Below are positions 40,000 through 50,609 of a stretch of DNA of 64,000 bases, one piece after another. The position numbers and the translations under genes are program-made. Under the pieces are notes generated by a model that saw nothing but the letters and a program-made list of their open reading frames with translations, ran no database searches and had not been told where the DNA came from. The DNA is taken from assembly GCA_963702095.1 (NCBI GenBank), contig OY969706.1:1344001-1408000 (forward strand). Reading direction: 5' to 3'. This DNA is from Candidatus Bathyarchaeota archaeon. GTDB lineage: Archaea; Thermoproteota; Bathyarchaeia; Bathyarchaeales; Bathycorpusculaceae. Within the stretch, counting starts at the first letter, position 1; each line of letters opens with the position of its first letter.

Positions 40000-41223
40000 A
40001 TGAAACGCATCTACATCCTCACAGCAGCACTCATAGTGATTTTAGCGGTTTCCACAGCTACTTTTTTGGTTTCCTACACTCCAAGCGGCGGCACCACCGT
40101 AAAAGACCCAGTGTATGTAGGCATCGCTTTTGGCGGCAACACCACCCAACAAGCCAAACTCCTCATCGACAGAACCGAAAATTACACGAACCTCTTCATA
40201 CTGGACTGCGGCATAAACGCTATAAGCCTAAACCGGTCCGCGGTAGAAGAAATCTGCCAGTACGCCACTGATGCTGGGTTGAATATCATCGTTAACTTGG
40301 GAACCTACACTCGGCAGAACTGGGCTTGGCAGAACCAGCTTTTCTTAGACATCAAAAGCCAGTATGGCGACAAGTTCTTGGGCGCATACTATGATGATGA
40401 ACCTGCAGGGGTTCCTCTGGATTGGAATTGGACAAGGGAATTCGCTGTTAATCCAACGCCTTTTGGACCTAACTTTACCGTTCCAATTGAAAACAAGATC
40501 CAAACAGCAATCCAGACGGGCAAGAACCCCGACGACTACTCAATTGAGGCGCAATGGTTCAACGAGTTTTTGACCGAAAACCGGGGACACCAGGACCTGA
40601 TTGCGGATAACATCACCACCTTTACCTCTGACTACGCGCTGTACTGGTATGATTACACAGGCGGATACGACACGTTGTTTGCACAGTTAGGCTGGAACGC
40701 CAGCGTTAACCAGCAAATTTCTCTTGTCCGCGGCGCAGCCCAACTTCAGAACAAGGATTGGGGAACCATAATCACTTGGAAATACATGCAGCCGCCCTAC
40801 ATAGACACCGCCGACAACATCTACGATCAAATGGTAACCTCCTACAATGCAGGAGCCAAATACATAACCATCTTCGACTACCCATACAACGTAAGCGGCA
40901 ACCCCTATGGCATATTGACCGACGAGCATTTTCAAGCCTTGGAGCGCTTCTGGAACCAAGTCGCAACTAAAGCGACCCCTAATTCAGCATCGGCGCAGGC
41001 TGCATTGGTTTTGCCGAAGGATTACGGTTCAGGTTTGAGAAGCGCCACCGACAAGATATGGGGTGTTTGGGGTCCAGATGACAAATCTGCTCCATGCTAC
41101 AACAACATGGAGAAGCTTTTGGAGCTGTATGGCTTGCATTTGGATATTGTTTACGATGACCCAGCTTACCCTTTGCAGGGCAATTACAGCAGAGTTTACT
41201 ATTGGAACCAAACCATCACTTGA
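40000..41223 (+). CDS. Hypothetical membrane-anchored extracellular protein, possible glycoside-hydrolase-like barrel
   Basis: N-terminal TM, FLGAYYDDEPAG, FTSDYALYWYDY, aromatic-rich; ATG at 40000. Confidence 0.75.
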   Translation: MKRIYILTAALIVILAVSTATFLVSYTPSGGTTVKDPVYVGIAFGGNTTQQAKLLIDRTENYTNLFILDCGINAISLNRSAVEEICQYATDAGLNIIVNLGTYTRQNWAWQNQLFLDIKSQYGDKFLGAYYDDEPAGVPLDWNWTREFAVNPTPFGPNFTVPIENKIQTAIQTGKNPDDYSIEAQWFNEFLTENRGHQDLIADNITTFTSDYALYWYDYTGGYDTLFAQLGWNASVNQQISLVRGAAQLQNKDWGTIITWKYMQPPYIDTADNIYDQMVTSYNAGAKYITIFDYPYNVSGNPYGILTDEHFQALERFWNQVATKATPNSASAQAALVLPKDYGSGLRSATDKIWGVWGPDDKSAPCYNNMEKLLELYGLHLDIVYDDPAYPLQGNYSRVYYWNQTIT

Positions 41224-41250
41224 GAGGACCAAAAGAAAAAGGGTTCAGGA

Positions 41251-41451
41251 CTAGGTTTTCTTTGAGCGAATACCGAGTTTGAGGTTAACTTCCACGGTAT
41301 ATTCCTTTTCTGATTTTCCAACCGCGAAGTTCCAGTCTTTAACTTCCACTTCCATGTCTTTGAATTGGTTTAGAATCGCGTCTTTATAGTCCTGTGCGGT
41401 TTCGCCTATTTTCTGTAACTTCTCTGTTATGTTAATCGATGTTTCAGGCAT
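41251..41451 (-). CDS. Small hypothetical protein
   Basis: 66 aa with strong GGAGGTGG SD; EVKDWNFAV motif. Confidence 0.75.
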   Translation of the reverse strand: MPETSINITEKLQKIGETAQDYKDAILNQFKDMEVEVKDWNFAVGKSEKEYTVEVNLKLGIRSKKT

Positions 41452-41605
41452 GCATCCACCTCCTAGAAGATGGCTTTTACACTATAGGCATGTGAGCTTT
41501 AACTGCTTTTAACTATATGTGGTTGTGCAAAGACAACAGCAACACTATCTACCGAATAATGCAACTTATATCTGTGAATTCCCTTAAAAGATTGGAAGAC
41601 TCTTT

Positions 41606-42760
41606 TTGACAACCTATAAAGTAGGCATTTCAGGTTCTTACGGCGGATTAAACCTCGGCGACGAAGCCATCCTCCAAAGCATTATCATGCAACTACGTGC
41701 TTCCCTCGATGTTGAAATCACTGTTTTCACTCGCAACGCCCAAGATACCATTGCAAGACATTGTGTTGAACACGTCGTGGAAGTCAGAAACCTTACAAAG
41801 ATGGAAATTACCCCCGAAATCGACAAGCTAAACTTATTCATCTTGGGTGGGGGCGGAATCTTTTTTGATAAAGAAGCAGAAATTTTCCTGCGGGAGCTCG
41901 AAATCGCTCAACAAAACGACGTAGCCTCCATGGTATACGCTGTAGGTGCTGGGCCCCTTTTCAATGAAAGTTCCCGTAAGAGAGTCAAAGAAGTCCTAAA
42001 CAACACCGATGTTATTACCGTGAGGGAGCGGGAAGCGAAAAAAATTTTTGAGGATATAGGCGTTGACAACCAAATCTTGATTACCGCTGATCCAGCTTTC
42101 CTTTTAAAGCCAGAGCCGCTACCCGAAAACGCCTTGGAAATGGAGCAGGCACATGGCGAACGCCCATTGGTAGGGATTTCTGTACGTGAACCAGGTCCCG
42201 CAGCTCCCGATATCGACCCAAACTTTTACCATTCCCTGTTAGCTAACGCCGCCGACTTCATAATCAGCCGCTTAGATGCTGATGTAATTTTTGTGCCGAT
42301 GGAGCGTCAGGTCCTTGATGTCCAGCACTCTCATTCCGTCATTTCAAAGATGCTTCAGCCTCAGCATGCTTGGGTTATAAAAGGCGACTATTCAGCGGGT
42401 CAGTTGCTTACGTTCGTCAAATATTTCGAATTTACTATTGGTATGCGGCTGCATTTCTTGATTTTCTCGGCGTTGCAAGGGGTGCCGTTTGTGGCTTTGC
42501 CCTATGCCTCTAAAGTCAGTGGATTACTAGATGACCTGCAGGTGCCTATGCCGCCGTTGAACCGCGTGGATTCAGGTTTAATTAACGCCTACATCGACAA
42601 AGCATGGGATAACCGCAATAAAACTAAAAACCAAATCAAAAAAATATTGCCCCCCCTAAAGGCGTTAGCAGCTGAAAACAACCGTTTAGCCGTAGATTTG
42701 CTCACTGGCAGACGGTCCGAGAGTGCACCGCTACCTGAAACTGCCGCTGAAATAAGGTGA
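41606..42760 (+). CDS. Polysaccharide pyruvyl transferase family (CsaB-like)
   Basis: GSYGGLNLGDEAIL, GGGG, ITVRE, TADPA, GMRLHFLI, YASKV. Confidence 0.92.
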   Translation: MTTYKVGISGSYGGLNLGDEAILQSIIMQLRASLDVEITVFTRNAQDTIARHCVEHVVEVRNLTKMEITPEIDKLNLFILGGGGIFFDKEAEIFLRELEIAQQNDVASMVYAVGAGPLFNESSRKRVKEVLNNTDVITVREREAKKIFEDIGVDNQILITADPAFLLKPEPLPENALEMEQAHGERPLVGISVREPGPAAPDIDPNFYHSLLANAADFIISRLDADVIFVPMERQVLDVQHSHSVISKMLQPQHAWVIKGDYSAGQLLTFVKYFEFTIGMRLHFLIFSALQGVPFVALPYASKVSGLLDDLQVPMPPLNRVDSGLINAYIDKAWDNRNKTKNQIKKILPPLKALAAENNRLAVDLLTGRRSESAPLPETAAEIR

Positions 42761-42764
42761 TTTT

Positions 42765-44184
42765 TTGCCTGTTGTGAAACCCGCCGTAAGCGAAACTACG
42801 CTTCCTCCGCGTAAAGCGAAGGTGCTGCCTCAAGTCGACGTGCTAGTAGTGGGCGGTGGACCATCTGGAATCGCAGCGGCTTTGGGTGCAGCATGTGCGG
42901 GTGCAAAGGTGCTGTTGGCAGAGAGATATGGGTTTTTAGGGGGCAGCGCAACTGCTGGTCTAGTTTTAACGATGGCATCCTATTATACGTCCTCTAACGT
43001 TCCCCTAAAGAAAGCAAAGGGCCGTCACTCTTTTTCCAGTCGACCACGGTGCCGGTGAACCAATCATCGGCGGAGTCATGGCTAAACTAGTTGAAAGATT
43101 AGTTGCTGCTGGGGGAGCATTTGCGCCATCCTCTTGGACGGGATATATGGTTCCGTTTGACCCCGAGATTTTGAAAGGGGTACTGCTTGATATGCTGGAT
43201 GAGGCAGGGGTTGAGCTGTTGTTTCACGCTTTCGCCAGCGGCGTCATTACCGAAGATGCAACTCTTAGGGGAGTAGTTTTTGAAACAAAGTCTGGTCCCA
43301 TAGTGGCTAAGGCCAAGGTAATTGTGGATTGTACCGGCGACGGGGACATCGCTGCTCTTGCCGGCGCCCCCTATGAGGTGGGTCGAGGCCAAGACCGCAT
43401 GGTTCAACCCATGACATTGATGTTTATGCTTGAAGGCTTTGTTTTCCGAAAGTTCAACGAATACGTGAAGGTCCATCCTGACCAGTGGCATGGCGTCGAA
43501 GGCTTAGCACAACTGATGCAGCAAGCCGCAAAAAACGAAGAGTTGCGTGTTCCCCGAGAGTGCGCTCTTATCTTTGGAAACGTCCACCCAGGACACATAT
43601 TGGTAAACAGTACCCGAGTCCTCGATACATTGGGCACTGACGTTTGGGATTTGACGCGTGCCGAAATTGAGGGGCGACGGCAGGTGGCACAATTAACCCG
43701 TTTTTTCCGCAAGTACGTGCCGGGGTTTGAGCAGGTTTTTGTACATCAAAGCGGCATCTACGCTTGCGTTCGCGAATCTCGCCGGATCATGGGCGGTTAT
43801 ATGTTAACTGCGAAGGATGTGTTGGAGGCTAAAAAATTCGATGATGCAATCGCACGGGGCAGCTACCCCATAGATCTCCACAACCCCCGAGGAAAAGGAA
43901 CGCTGCTCAAAAAAGTAAAGGGTGGAGAAGCCTACGATATTCCCCTACGCTGTCTTGTTCCCCAGAAAATCGATGGATTGCTGGTTGGGGGACGCTGCAT
44001 TTCAGGCACCCACGTGGCTAACGCGTCGTACCGTGTAATGCCTGTTTGTATAGCCACTGGACAGGCCGCAGGCGTCTGCGCAGCCGTCGCAGTAAAGACC
44101 CATCAAACCCCTCGAACAGTCAAGGCATCTGAGGTGCAGGCGGAACTGCTTAAGCAGGGAGCGATCCTGCATGCCAGCAAATGA
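42765..44184 (+). CDS. FAD-dependent oxidoreductase (frameshift at ~43020)
   Basis: DVLVVGGGPSG, LGGSATAG, VDCTGDGD, VRESRRI, YDIPLRCLVP, GRCIS, GQAAG; two ORFs join by removing one G. Confidence 0.9.
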
Positions 44185-44412
44185 AAAAAAAATTGTTTTT
44201 TAGTCTTAGAAGAAGAGAATGCAGCCCTACTCATCTTCTTCTTGGGGACAGGGCCGACGGCTCTGTTTCGGGTTCTGCAACGGAAAGAATTGCAGGCTGG
44301 TTGAGGCATATTTCACAAGCAGACCCCAACAAAAGCAACCAATAGCTTGGGCGCACTCCCAAAATCAGGCGGCTGTGGGTATGTTTATTGGCAAGCACGA
44401 CGTTTTTTTATA

Positions 44413-44435
44413 TGGGCTGGTGAGTTGGTGCGTGG
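44413..44435 (+). repeat. Direct repeat of the RNase P RNA 5' end
   Basis: TGGGCTGGTGAGTTGGTGCGTGG vs TGGGCTGGTGAGTTGGTGTGTGG at 45113-45135 (22/23). Confidence 0.88.
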
Positions 44436-44503
44436 GTGTTTGCTGATTGGTTTTTGATAGCGGGTGATCTTTCTGCCTTTTTTATAAAGGAGAAAAACAA
44501 TCA

Positions 44504-45052
44504 GTGGACCGTGTATCTATGCAAATTAGACAAACCATCGACGCTGACCTAAACGACATACTAATAGTAGAGCGTGAAGCATTCAATAAAGACAAAGAGG
44601 CAGAACTAACCAAAGATATGCTATTTGACCCTACAGCCCAACCCCTTATCTCATTTTTGGCATATATAGACAACCAACCTGCAGGACACATATTATTCAC
44701 TACTGCACAGCTCACGGGCAACCCCGCCGTTAAGGTCTCTATCTTAGCACCCCTTGCAGTTGTTCCAAAATTTCAAAGACAAGGCGTTGGCGCTGCATTA
44801 ATCAAAAAAGGTTTAGAAATTCTCCAACAATCAGGTGTAGAGTTGGTATTTGTGCTTGGACATCCAACCTATTATCCGCGGTCGGGGTTCATGCCCGCTG
44901 GAAAATTTGGCTTTGAAGCCTTCTACCCCATTCCTGAAAAAGACGCAGATGCATGGATGGTTCTACAACTCCGTCTTAACATAATTGGCTCAGTTTCAGG
45001 TAAAGTAATACCCTGTGAAGCATTAAAAAAGCCTGAACATTGGCGAGAATAA
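44504..45052 (+). CDS. GNAT N-acetyltransferase (YhbS-like)
   Basis: GHILFT, LAPLAVVPKFQRQGVG, VLGHPTYYPRSGF. Confidence 0.92.
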   Translation: MDRVSMQIRQTIDADLNDILIVEREAFNKDKEAELTKDMLFDPTAQPLISFLAYIDNQPAGHILFTTAQLTGNPAVKVSILAPLAVVPKFQRQGVGAALIKKGLEILQQSGVELVFVLGHPTYYPRSGFMPAGKFGFEAFYPIPEKDADAWMVLQLRLNIIGSVSGKVIPCEALKKPEHWRE

Positions 45053-45113
45053 TACAATCATCTGGAGCTGGCTATAAGGTACCTTTATTGCCATCCGCCC
45101 CGCTTTTTCACTT

Positions 45114-45421
45114 GGGCTGGTGAGTTGGTGTGTGGCTATCGGTCCCGAAAGGGACTGAGGAAACTCCGCTCACACGCAGAATTGCAGTCCTCTGGACAGG
45201 CTGAGAAGCTTGGCAACGGAGCAGAAACGAAACGTCCACCCGGACATGGCTATGACGCATCGGTGATGTCGAGTCCGCTGGAGTGGAAACGGTGAAACGG
45301 CCGTCCTGCATGTGGAAAGGGCAAACAGTCGCCGATGAAGAATCTGCCGGAAGGCGCGGGTAGCCCGATTAGCCGAATGCCACAGACAACAGAAAGCGGG
45401 TTACAACAAACACACCAGCCC
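45114..45421 (+). ncRNA. rnpB: RNase P RNA
   Basis: P1 GGGCTGGTG...CACCAGCCC; CR-I GAGGAAACTCC, GCAGAAAC, GGTGAAACGGCC, CR-V ACAGAAAGCGGGTTA. Confidence 0.95.
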
Positions 45422-45694
45422 ATTTCTCAATCGCTAAAGGGTACCCTCCTCGCAAGCAAGGACTCTGTCGAAGAAAAAAGGCAACATAGAAATGCTTGTC
45501 TGCTGTATTGTCTTTAAGGCGAATTTTGTGAATCACACTAGGTATTTTGATTCTCCTAATTGTGGGGGCTGTATGTATAAGGGAAGTAGTTATTGTTGGG
45601 GGCAGTGCTCTCTGAATATCTGGAAAAGAGGCAGTGAGTATTAGGCTGGTTACAACCAGGCACCAGTCCAGTAAATTGCCCCTATAGCCCTTAT

Positions 45695-46381
45695 TTATAG
45701 TACTGAAGTTAGGATGAAGATCAAAACTAAGATAAGAAGCGCCAGACTGGCGTAGTACAGACCGTATTTTAATTTCTTTGCAAAGACAGGGCTTTCCTCA
45801 ACCCATAGACCGATGATAAACATTAGGACTATGGCTATTATCCATGACAGGTAGAGTGCTGTTTGGATGTAGAGCCCGAACCAGGACAGAATGATTGGCA
45901 CCAATATCAAAAGGGCTGCCCCGCCATTCAAACCCATGTCAACCAAAATCGTAGTGGCACTCTCTTTGTAGGGCGGGTGCTCCTCGTGCTCACTCTGGGC
46001 AAGGTTAGCGACCACCTCGTCGTAAATCTTTTTCTTATCCTCCTCATTTGCTGCAGTGAAGACTGTATCCTCGAGGTCTTCTTCCACCATGTCATGGCTT
46101 AGACTTCGCTTTTCCGCTGACTTCGCATAATCGATCATGGTGTTCTTCCTTTTGATAGTGTAGTAATTTTCAAAGACGTAGAAGAGTCCGTCAGCGAAAC
46201 CCCAAATGAGGCAAAAACCCATGGAGGAAATGATTACGTAAATGATTGCTATGTTAGTAATAATTGGGCTTCCCCATATCACGGGGTTCCTAAGAGTAGC
46301 GGTCATGGCTAATGTCATTATAACGCCAAAGATTGGTTCAGACGAGAACCAGAACCGCCCGAAATAATCCGATAGCCCCAA
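45695..46381 (-). CDS. Membrane protein, VIT1/CCC1-like
   Basis: SEPIFGVIMTL, WGFADG, 5 TM with an acidic soluble loop. Confidence 0.65.
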   Translation of the reverse strand: MGLSDYFGRFWFSSEPIFGVIMTLAMTATLRNPVIWGSPIITNIAIIYVIISSMGFCLIWGFADGLFYVFENYYTIKRKNTMIDYAKSAEKRSLSHDMVEEDLEDTVFTAANEEDKKKIYDEVVANLAQSEHEEHPPYKESATTILVDMGLNGGAALLILVPIILSWFGLYIQTALYLSWIIAIVLMFIIGLWVEESPVFAKKLKYGLYYASLALLILVLIFILTSVL

Positions 46382-46649
46382 AAAAACAGCTTCCCACTAT
46401 GTTAACGTAAAGTAGAACACTTAACAATTTGTGGCTTCACAACAATACCAACACACCTCTAAGGCATATAACTAGGAAGTAACGACAAGACAAACGTGAT
46501 TAACGCTCAAAGTAAGAAATTAATAGCCCAGAGACGTGTTACTGCCAGCACATCAACCCCAAAAAGGGCACAGACACCTCACAATTAAGGCTTTAACTTG
46601 CGTCTGCTTTAAATTGAACAGCATTCATTATTTAGAATCGTGGGAAGAG

Positions 46650-47780
46650 ATGAGCGAAAACGATAAGTCAGTGGTACGTGGGTTACGGGATGTAGCTGCG
46701 GCAAAAAGCAAACTCAGCTATGTCGATCCCAGTGGTTCACTCTACTACTTGGGATACAACATTGATGATCTCATAGGACGGGTTGTTTACGCCGAAATCG
46801 CTTACCTCTTGATCCATAAGAGGCTTCCTAACCAACAAGAACTCGATGAATTCTCAAAGCAACTTATCGTTGAGATGAATCTACCTGAGCCCGTGGTTGA
46901 ATGTATTAAAAAGTCGCCGAAGAACTGTCATCCAATCGATATTTTACGGACAGAAGTTTCCCATCTTGGAGAATACGACCCAGATATCGGCGATTACTCC
47001 GAAGCTGCAAACTTTCGCAGGGCAACACGATTAGTTGCACAGGTACCTGCGATAGTGGCTGCCATTAACAGAACTAGACAGAACAAACCGCCTCTACCTC
47101 CCAAAAAAGAATTCGGTCTCGCCAAAAACTTCCTCTACATGTTTACAGGCGAGATCCCAGACGATAAAGAAGTAAGCGTTATCCACCGTTTCATGACGCT
47201 TCATGCTGACCACAGCTTTAACGCATCCACTTTCGCTGCACGTGTAACGGCAAGCACAAACTCAGACATGTACTCCGCTGTGACTTCAGCTATAGGCACC
47301 TTAAAAGGACCCCTACATGGCGGTGCAAGCGAAAAAGTAATGGATATGCTAGATGAGATTGACCCCGAAAAAGACGTCAATGAATACCTTCAAAGTCTAC
47401 TGGATGAAAAGAAAAAGGTCATGGGTTTTGGTCATCGAGTCTATAAAGCCCAGGACCCCCGAACAAAACATCTAAGAGGAATAGTGGAGGAGTTTTGCCA
47501 TCGGGAACGATCTTTAGACCTATACAATAGGTGCATCCAAATCGAAAATATCGTTTTCGAAAAGAAAAAAATCTATCCTAACGTTGACTTCTATGCTGCG
47601 GTTGCAATGGATGCGCTGGGCGTTTCAAAGGAGTTTTTCCCGTTGTTTTTTGCTTCAAGCAGAATTTCGGGATGGGTTGCCCACATAATTGAGCAGTATG
47701 AAGATGCTGTTCTTCTGCGTCCCTCTGCAGAATACGTTGGAGAATTCGGGAAGCAGTTCATCGTAATAGAGGAACGTTAG
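46650..47780 (+). CDS. gltA: Citrate (or 2-methylcitrate) synthase
   Basis: HADHSFNASTF, GPLHGGA, MGFGHRVYKAQDPR, YPNVDFY, RISGWVAH. Confidence 0.93.
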   Translation: MSENDKSVVRGLRDVAAAKSKLSYVDPSGSLYYLGYNIDDLIGRVVYAEIAYLLIHKRLPNQQELDEFSKQLIVEMNLPEPVVECIKKSPKNCHPIDILRTEVSHLGEYDPDIGDYSEAANFRRATRLVAQVPAIVAAINRTRQNKPPLPPKKEFGLAKNFLYMFTGEIPDDKEVSVIHRFMTLHADHSFNASTFAARVTASTNSDMYSAVTSAIGTLKGPLHGGASEKVMDMLDEIDPEKDVNEYLQSLLDEKKKVMGFGHRVYKAQDPRTKHLRGIVEEFCHRERSLDLYNRCIQIENIVFEKKKIYPNVDFYAAVAMDALGVSKEFFPLFFASSRISGWVAHIIEQYEDAVLLRPSAEYVGEFGKQFIVIEER

Positions 47781-47892
47781 CGTTAAGCGTTTGCGCCAAT
47801 TACATCTATTAACCTCTACCCTCTCTTCCACTGTTACAGCAAAAGAAGCCTTTAACGAGCTGTTTGGAGAGGGCTAACCTCACTGAGGAGTT

Positions 47893-48036
47893 TTACCTAC
47901 CTTTTTTGCTTTCAAAAATTTTGATGTTCTTACGGTGGTACCAATCAAAGATGGCGTTGCAAGCTTCTACAGAGTACCCGCAGCTTGAGAGTTTGTTAAA
48001 GGCGTTGGCGTCGCCTTTTTTCTTAGGTTGCCCCAT
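47893..48036 (-). CDS. Small 47-aa protein (below ORF-track cutoff)
   Basis: MGQPKKKGDANAFNKLSSCGYSVEACNAIFDWYHRKNIKIFESKKGR*; TTATATTTA box ~25 bp upstream suggests a leaderless gene. Confidence 0.5.
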   Translation of the reverse strand: MGQPKKKGDANAFNKLSSCGYSVEACNAIFDWYHRKNIKIFESKKGR

Positions 48037-48158
48037 GCCGAATTTTTTAAGAATCTTAAATATAAGTTATGTGATATATTGATATATTCGGTAGAATTGT
48101 ACAACAAAACTACTTCAATTAAAACAGGCCTATACTTAGATAGACCGACGCTGTAGGC

Positions 48159-48482
48159 TCAGAATATGACGCTAAGATTGTTGATGACCACTCCGGCGAG
48201 TAAAAGAAACGTCACGGAGTAGCTGACGTCTAAAAACCTGCCTGTACCGTTGCTATTGAGGCATTTAATGAATCCGGCTGCCTTGTAGAAAGCTAAACCT
48301 GCCCCGACAACAGCGCACATCTTAACTACGCTAAAGAGCAACATACTTGAACTTACAAGACCTAGGAGCAATACATTGCTTTCTTGTGCTCCAAAGAAGG
48401 TAACGCCGACAATGGTTGTTAACCAATCAGAGAAACCGATGAATACGAGGAAGGAGAAGAAGAGCAGGTCTTTTCTTATCAT
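48159..48482 (-). CDS. DUF5658-like membrane protein
   Basis: DWLTT..G....ESN..., VVK, VVINN pattern. Confidence 0.75.
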   Translation of the reverse strand: MIRKDLLFFSFLVFIGFSDWLTTIVGVTFFGAQESNVLLLGLVSSSMLLFSVVKMCAVVGAGLAFYKAAGFIKCLNSNGTGRFLDVSYSVTFLLLAGVVINNLSVIF

Positions 48483-48862
48483 GGTACATCAGTCAGTTGT
48501 TGTTAAGTATTGGAAGGGGTGCACTTACGTTTTTACTATGGTGAAGTACACAACTGAAGTACACCTGTACGTATAAGTTGCAGGGTTTAAGTGAAAAAGT
48601 AGTCTTTCTCCATGAGCTAATTGCCAAGTTCTTAACAAATGAGTTGTTTATGTGTTCTACAAATCACTCTCCAACATATCAACCAGTAAATAGTGATAAT
48701 TCGCGTTTAAGCGCCTCCCCGGATCTATTTTGAACAACCATGTTGTGATGAAGGCAGATACCTTGGAAAAAATCGCTTGCCGCCTCTCAACAGCTAACTA
48801 ACCAAAAATCCTACATAAACCCCCGACTACAATAAAATTAGCTGTTCGCAAGAAGGAATATC

Positions 48863-49318
48863 ATGGCGTTAGAAGTTGTTTCCCATGTCGATTTAAACCA
48901 GTACCTCGGTAAATGGTATGAAATCGCACATACCCCCGTCAAGTTTGAAAACGGCTGCTCCGAAACCACCGCAACATACAGCTTAGCAAAAGACGGCAAC
49001 ATCGCCATACTCAACGAATGCAAAAGAAACGGCAAAATGAGGCAGGCTAAGGGCAAAGCTAAAGTCGTGGACAAAGCCACAGGCGCCAAACTCAAAGTCA
49101 CGTTTTTCTGGCCCTTCTCCAGCGACTACTGGATCATAAAACTAGGCAAAAACTACGATTACGCCGTCGTAGGCACTCCTACTCTTAAGTATCTCTGGAT
49201 ACTCAACCGCACACCCCAGATGGATAAGAAACTGTATAATCAGTTGGTTGAGTTTACCAAGTCAAAGGGTTTTGATGTAAGCACTCTGGAAAAGACCACT
49301 CACACCTTAACTGCATAA
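48863..49318 (+). CDS. blc: Lipocalin (Blc-like), no signal peptide
   Basis: DLNQYLGKWYEIA, LKVTFFWPF..DYWI, YLWILNRTP. Confidence 0.93.
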   Translation: MALEVVSHVDLNQYLGKWYEIAHTPVKFENGCSETTATYSLAKDGNIAILNECKRNGKMRQAKGKAKVVDKATGAKLKVTFFWPFSSDYWIIKLGKNYDYAVVGTPTLKYLWILNRTPQMDKKLYNQLVEFTKSKGFDVSTLEKTTHTLTA

Positions 49319-49333
49319 AAAACAGAGCACCAC

Positions 49334-49861
49334 TTAGAGGTGTAGATCAGCGGCTTCTACGGTTCTGCGCAGTATCCGCGAGCGCGTCTCAGCTTCAACC
49401 TGCTTGTTCGATACGGGCAAGTCCATGTCTATGGCGGTTAAAGCCAAGATTTTCTTGACCAATACGCATGCAGCCTCGGCAATCTCCACCTTGTTGAGGG
49501 CGCCTTTTTCGTTTACGCCGCCGCAGCAGGTTGTAAAGGGAAAGTTAAGGTCCAGCTCAACGGTGCCGGTTTCATAGTTGTAGTCCACTATGGTGAATGG
49601 TTCTAGTTTGCACACCGAAGGACGTACATCGTAAATTTTGCATCGGTTGTTTTCTGCGAGGAACAAGCAGCTGCCGTCGTTCTTGCACTTGATCCAGTTG
49701 ACGCCGTTTTCGTCGGTTTCTAAAAAGTTGCGAAACCCTCTGGCTTCTATGCGTTTCTGCTCAGCTTTGTCGACGTCGGGCGGCTGCATTTTGCAGCAGA
49801 CACCGCAGTTATTGCATTGGAACCCTACTGAATCGGGGAAGATGACGGTTTTGGGTTGCAA
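49334..49861 (-). CDS. YkgJ-family CxxCxxCC cluster protein
   Basis: CNNCGVCC, CLFL...CKIYDVRPSVCKLEPF. Confidence 0.9.
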   Translation of the reverse strand: MQPKTVIFPDSVGFQCNNCGVCCKMQPPDVDKAEQKRIEARGFRNFLETDENGVNWIKCKNDGSCLFLAENNRCKIYDVRPSVCKLEPFTIVDYNYETGTVELDLNFPFTTCCGGVNEKGALNKVEIAEAACVLVKKILALTAIDMDLPVSNKQVEAETRSRILRRTVEAADLHL

Positions 49862-49970
49862 GGTGTAGGTGGATGAGTTGGAATAGCTTATTTGGGTTAT
49901 GGCGCATTAAATGCACTTTTTAATGTAATCCTTTTTAGAAACAAATGCTATTCTTTGAAGCGTGAAAAAA

Positions 49971-50162
49971 ATGTCTACAGTTGATTCCCGTGTCGTGCAG
50001 CAGAAAAGAGCAGTCGGCGCAGTCGCCATTGTGCTTCTTTTAGTATTTACAGTTTTGGCGTTAACCAGCTATATTTCACTCATCGTTTGGGTTATTGCGG
50101 ATTTAGTGGTGGCTGGTGTTGCGAATCTGCTGTTTAGGCGGATAGGCAGAAGGCCCCTTTGA
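49971..50162 (+). CDS. Small 2-TM membrane protein
   Basis: Two hydrophobic helices, basic C-terminus. Confidence 0.65.
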   Translation: MSTVDSRVVQQKRAVGAVAIVLLLVFTVLALTSYISLIVWVIADLVVAGVANLLFRRIGRRPL

Positions 50163-50285
50163 TTTTCTGAGAAGCCATGGACTAAAAAAAGCAAAATTTC
50201 TTTTCCGTTTTTGTGGGTTCACCCTGAAACAGCAAAATTATATAAAGAAATTCCTTTACAATCATCCATTGCAGGAGGTTGACGT

Positions 50286-50546
50286 ATGGCCGAAATCGTT
50301 TGCTTAGTCCCCAAGCTTTCGATGGATATTGAGTGCCTCTGTTTCGACGAGAAAACCTGCGACATCCACATCAACGACGGCGGCAACTTGGTTTGCAGAC
50401 ACGGCAGCAACGAAGGCGTAGTAGATGGCATCGCCAAAGTCATCTGCCCACTGGAGATTGAGAATGAACGCAAAAAGTGGGAAGAATTCCTCAAAGAAGA
50501 AAGAAGCGGTACCAGTGCGCCCAAAACGCGTAGAAAACTCAGATAA
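50286..50546 (+). CDS. Small Cys-rich hypothetical protein
   Basis: GGAGGT SD, TTATATAAA box, six Cys. Confidence 0.75.
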   Translation: MAEIVCLVPKLSMDIECLCFDEKTCDIHINDGGNLVCRHGSNEGVVDGIAKVICPLEIENERKKWEEFLKEERSGTSAPKTRRKLR

Positions 50547-50609
50547 ACTCAAGAAACAACCGAAAACTTTAGGCACAAAACATAGATGATGCTTTAAATC
50601 ATGCTTAAA

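Noticed and set aside
45108-45517. Short ORFs 45108-45311 and 45335-45517
   Set aside because: They overlap the RNase P RNA gene
48542-48564. TGAAGTACAC direct repeat upstream of the DUF5658-like gene
   Set aside because: Only two 10-bp copies with no further support; possible operator but too weak to call
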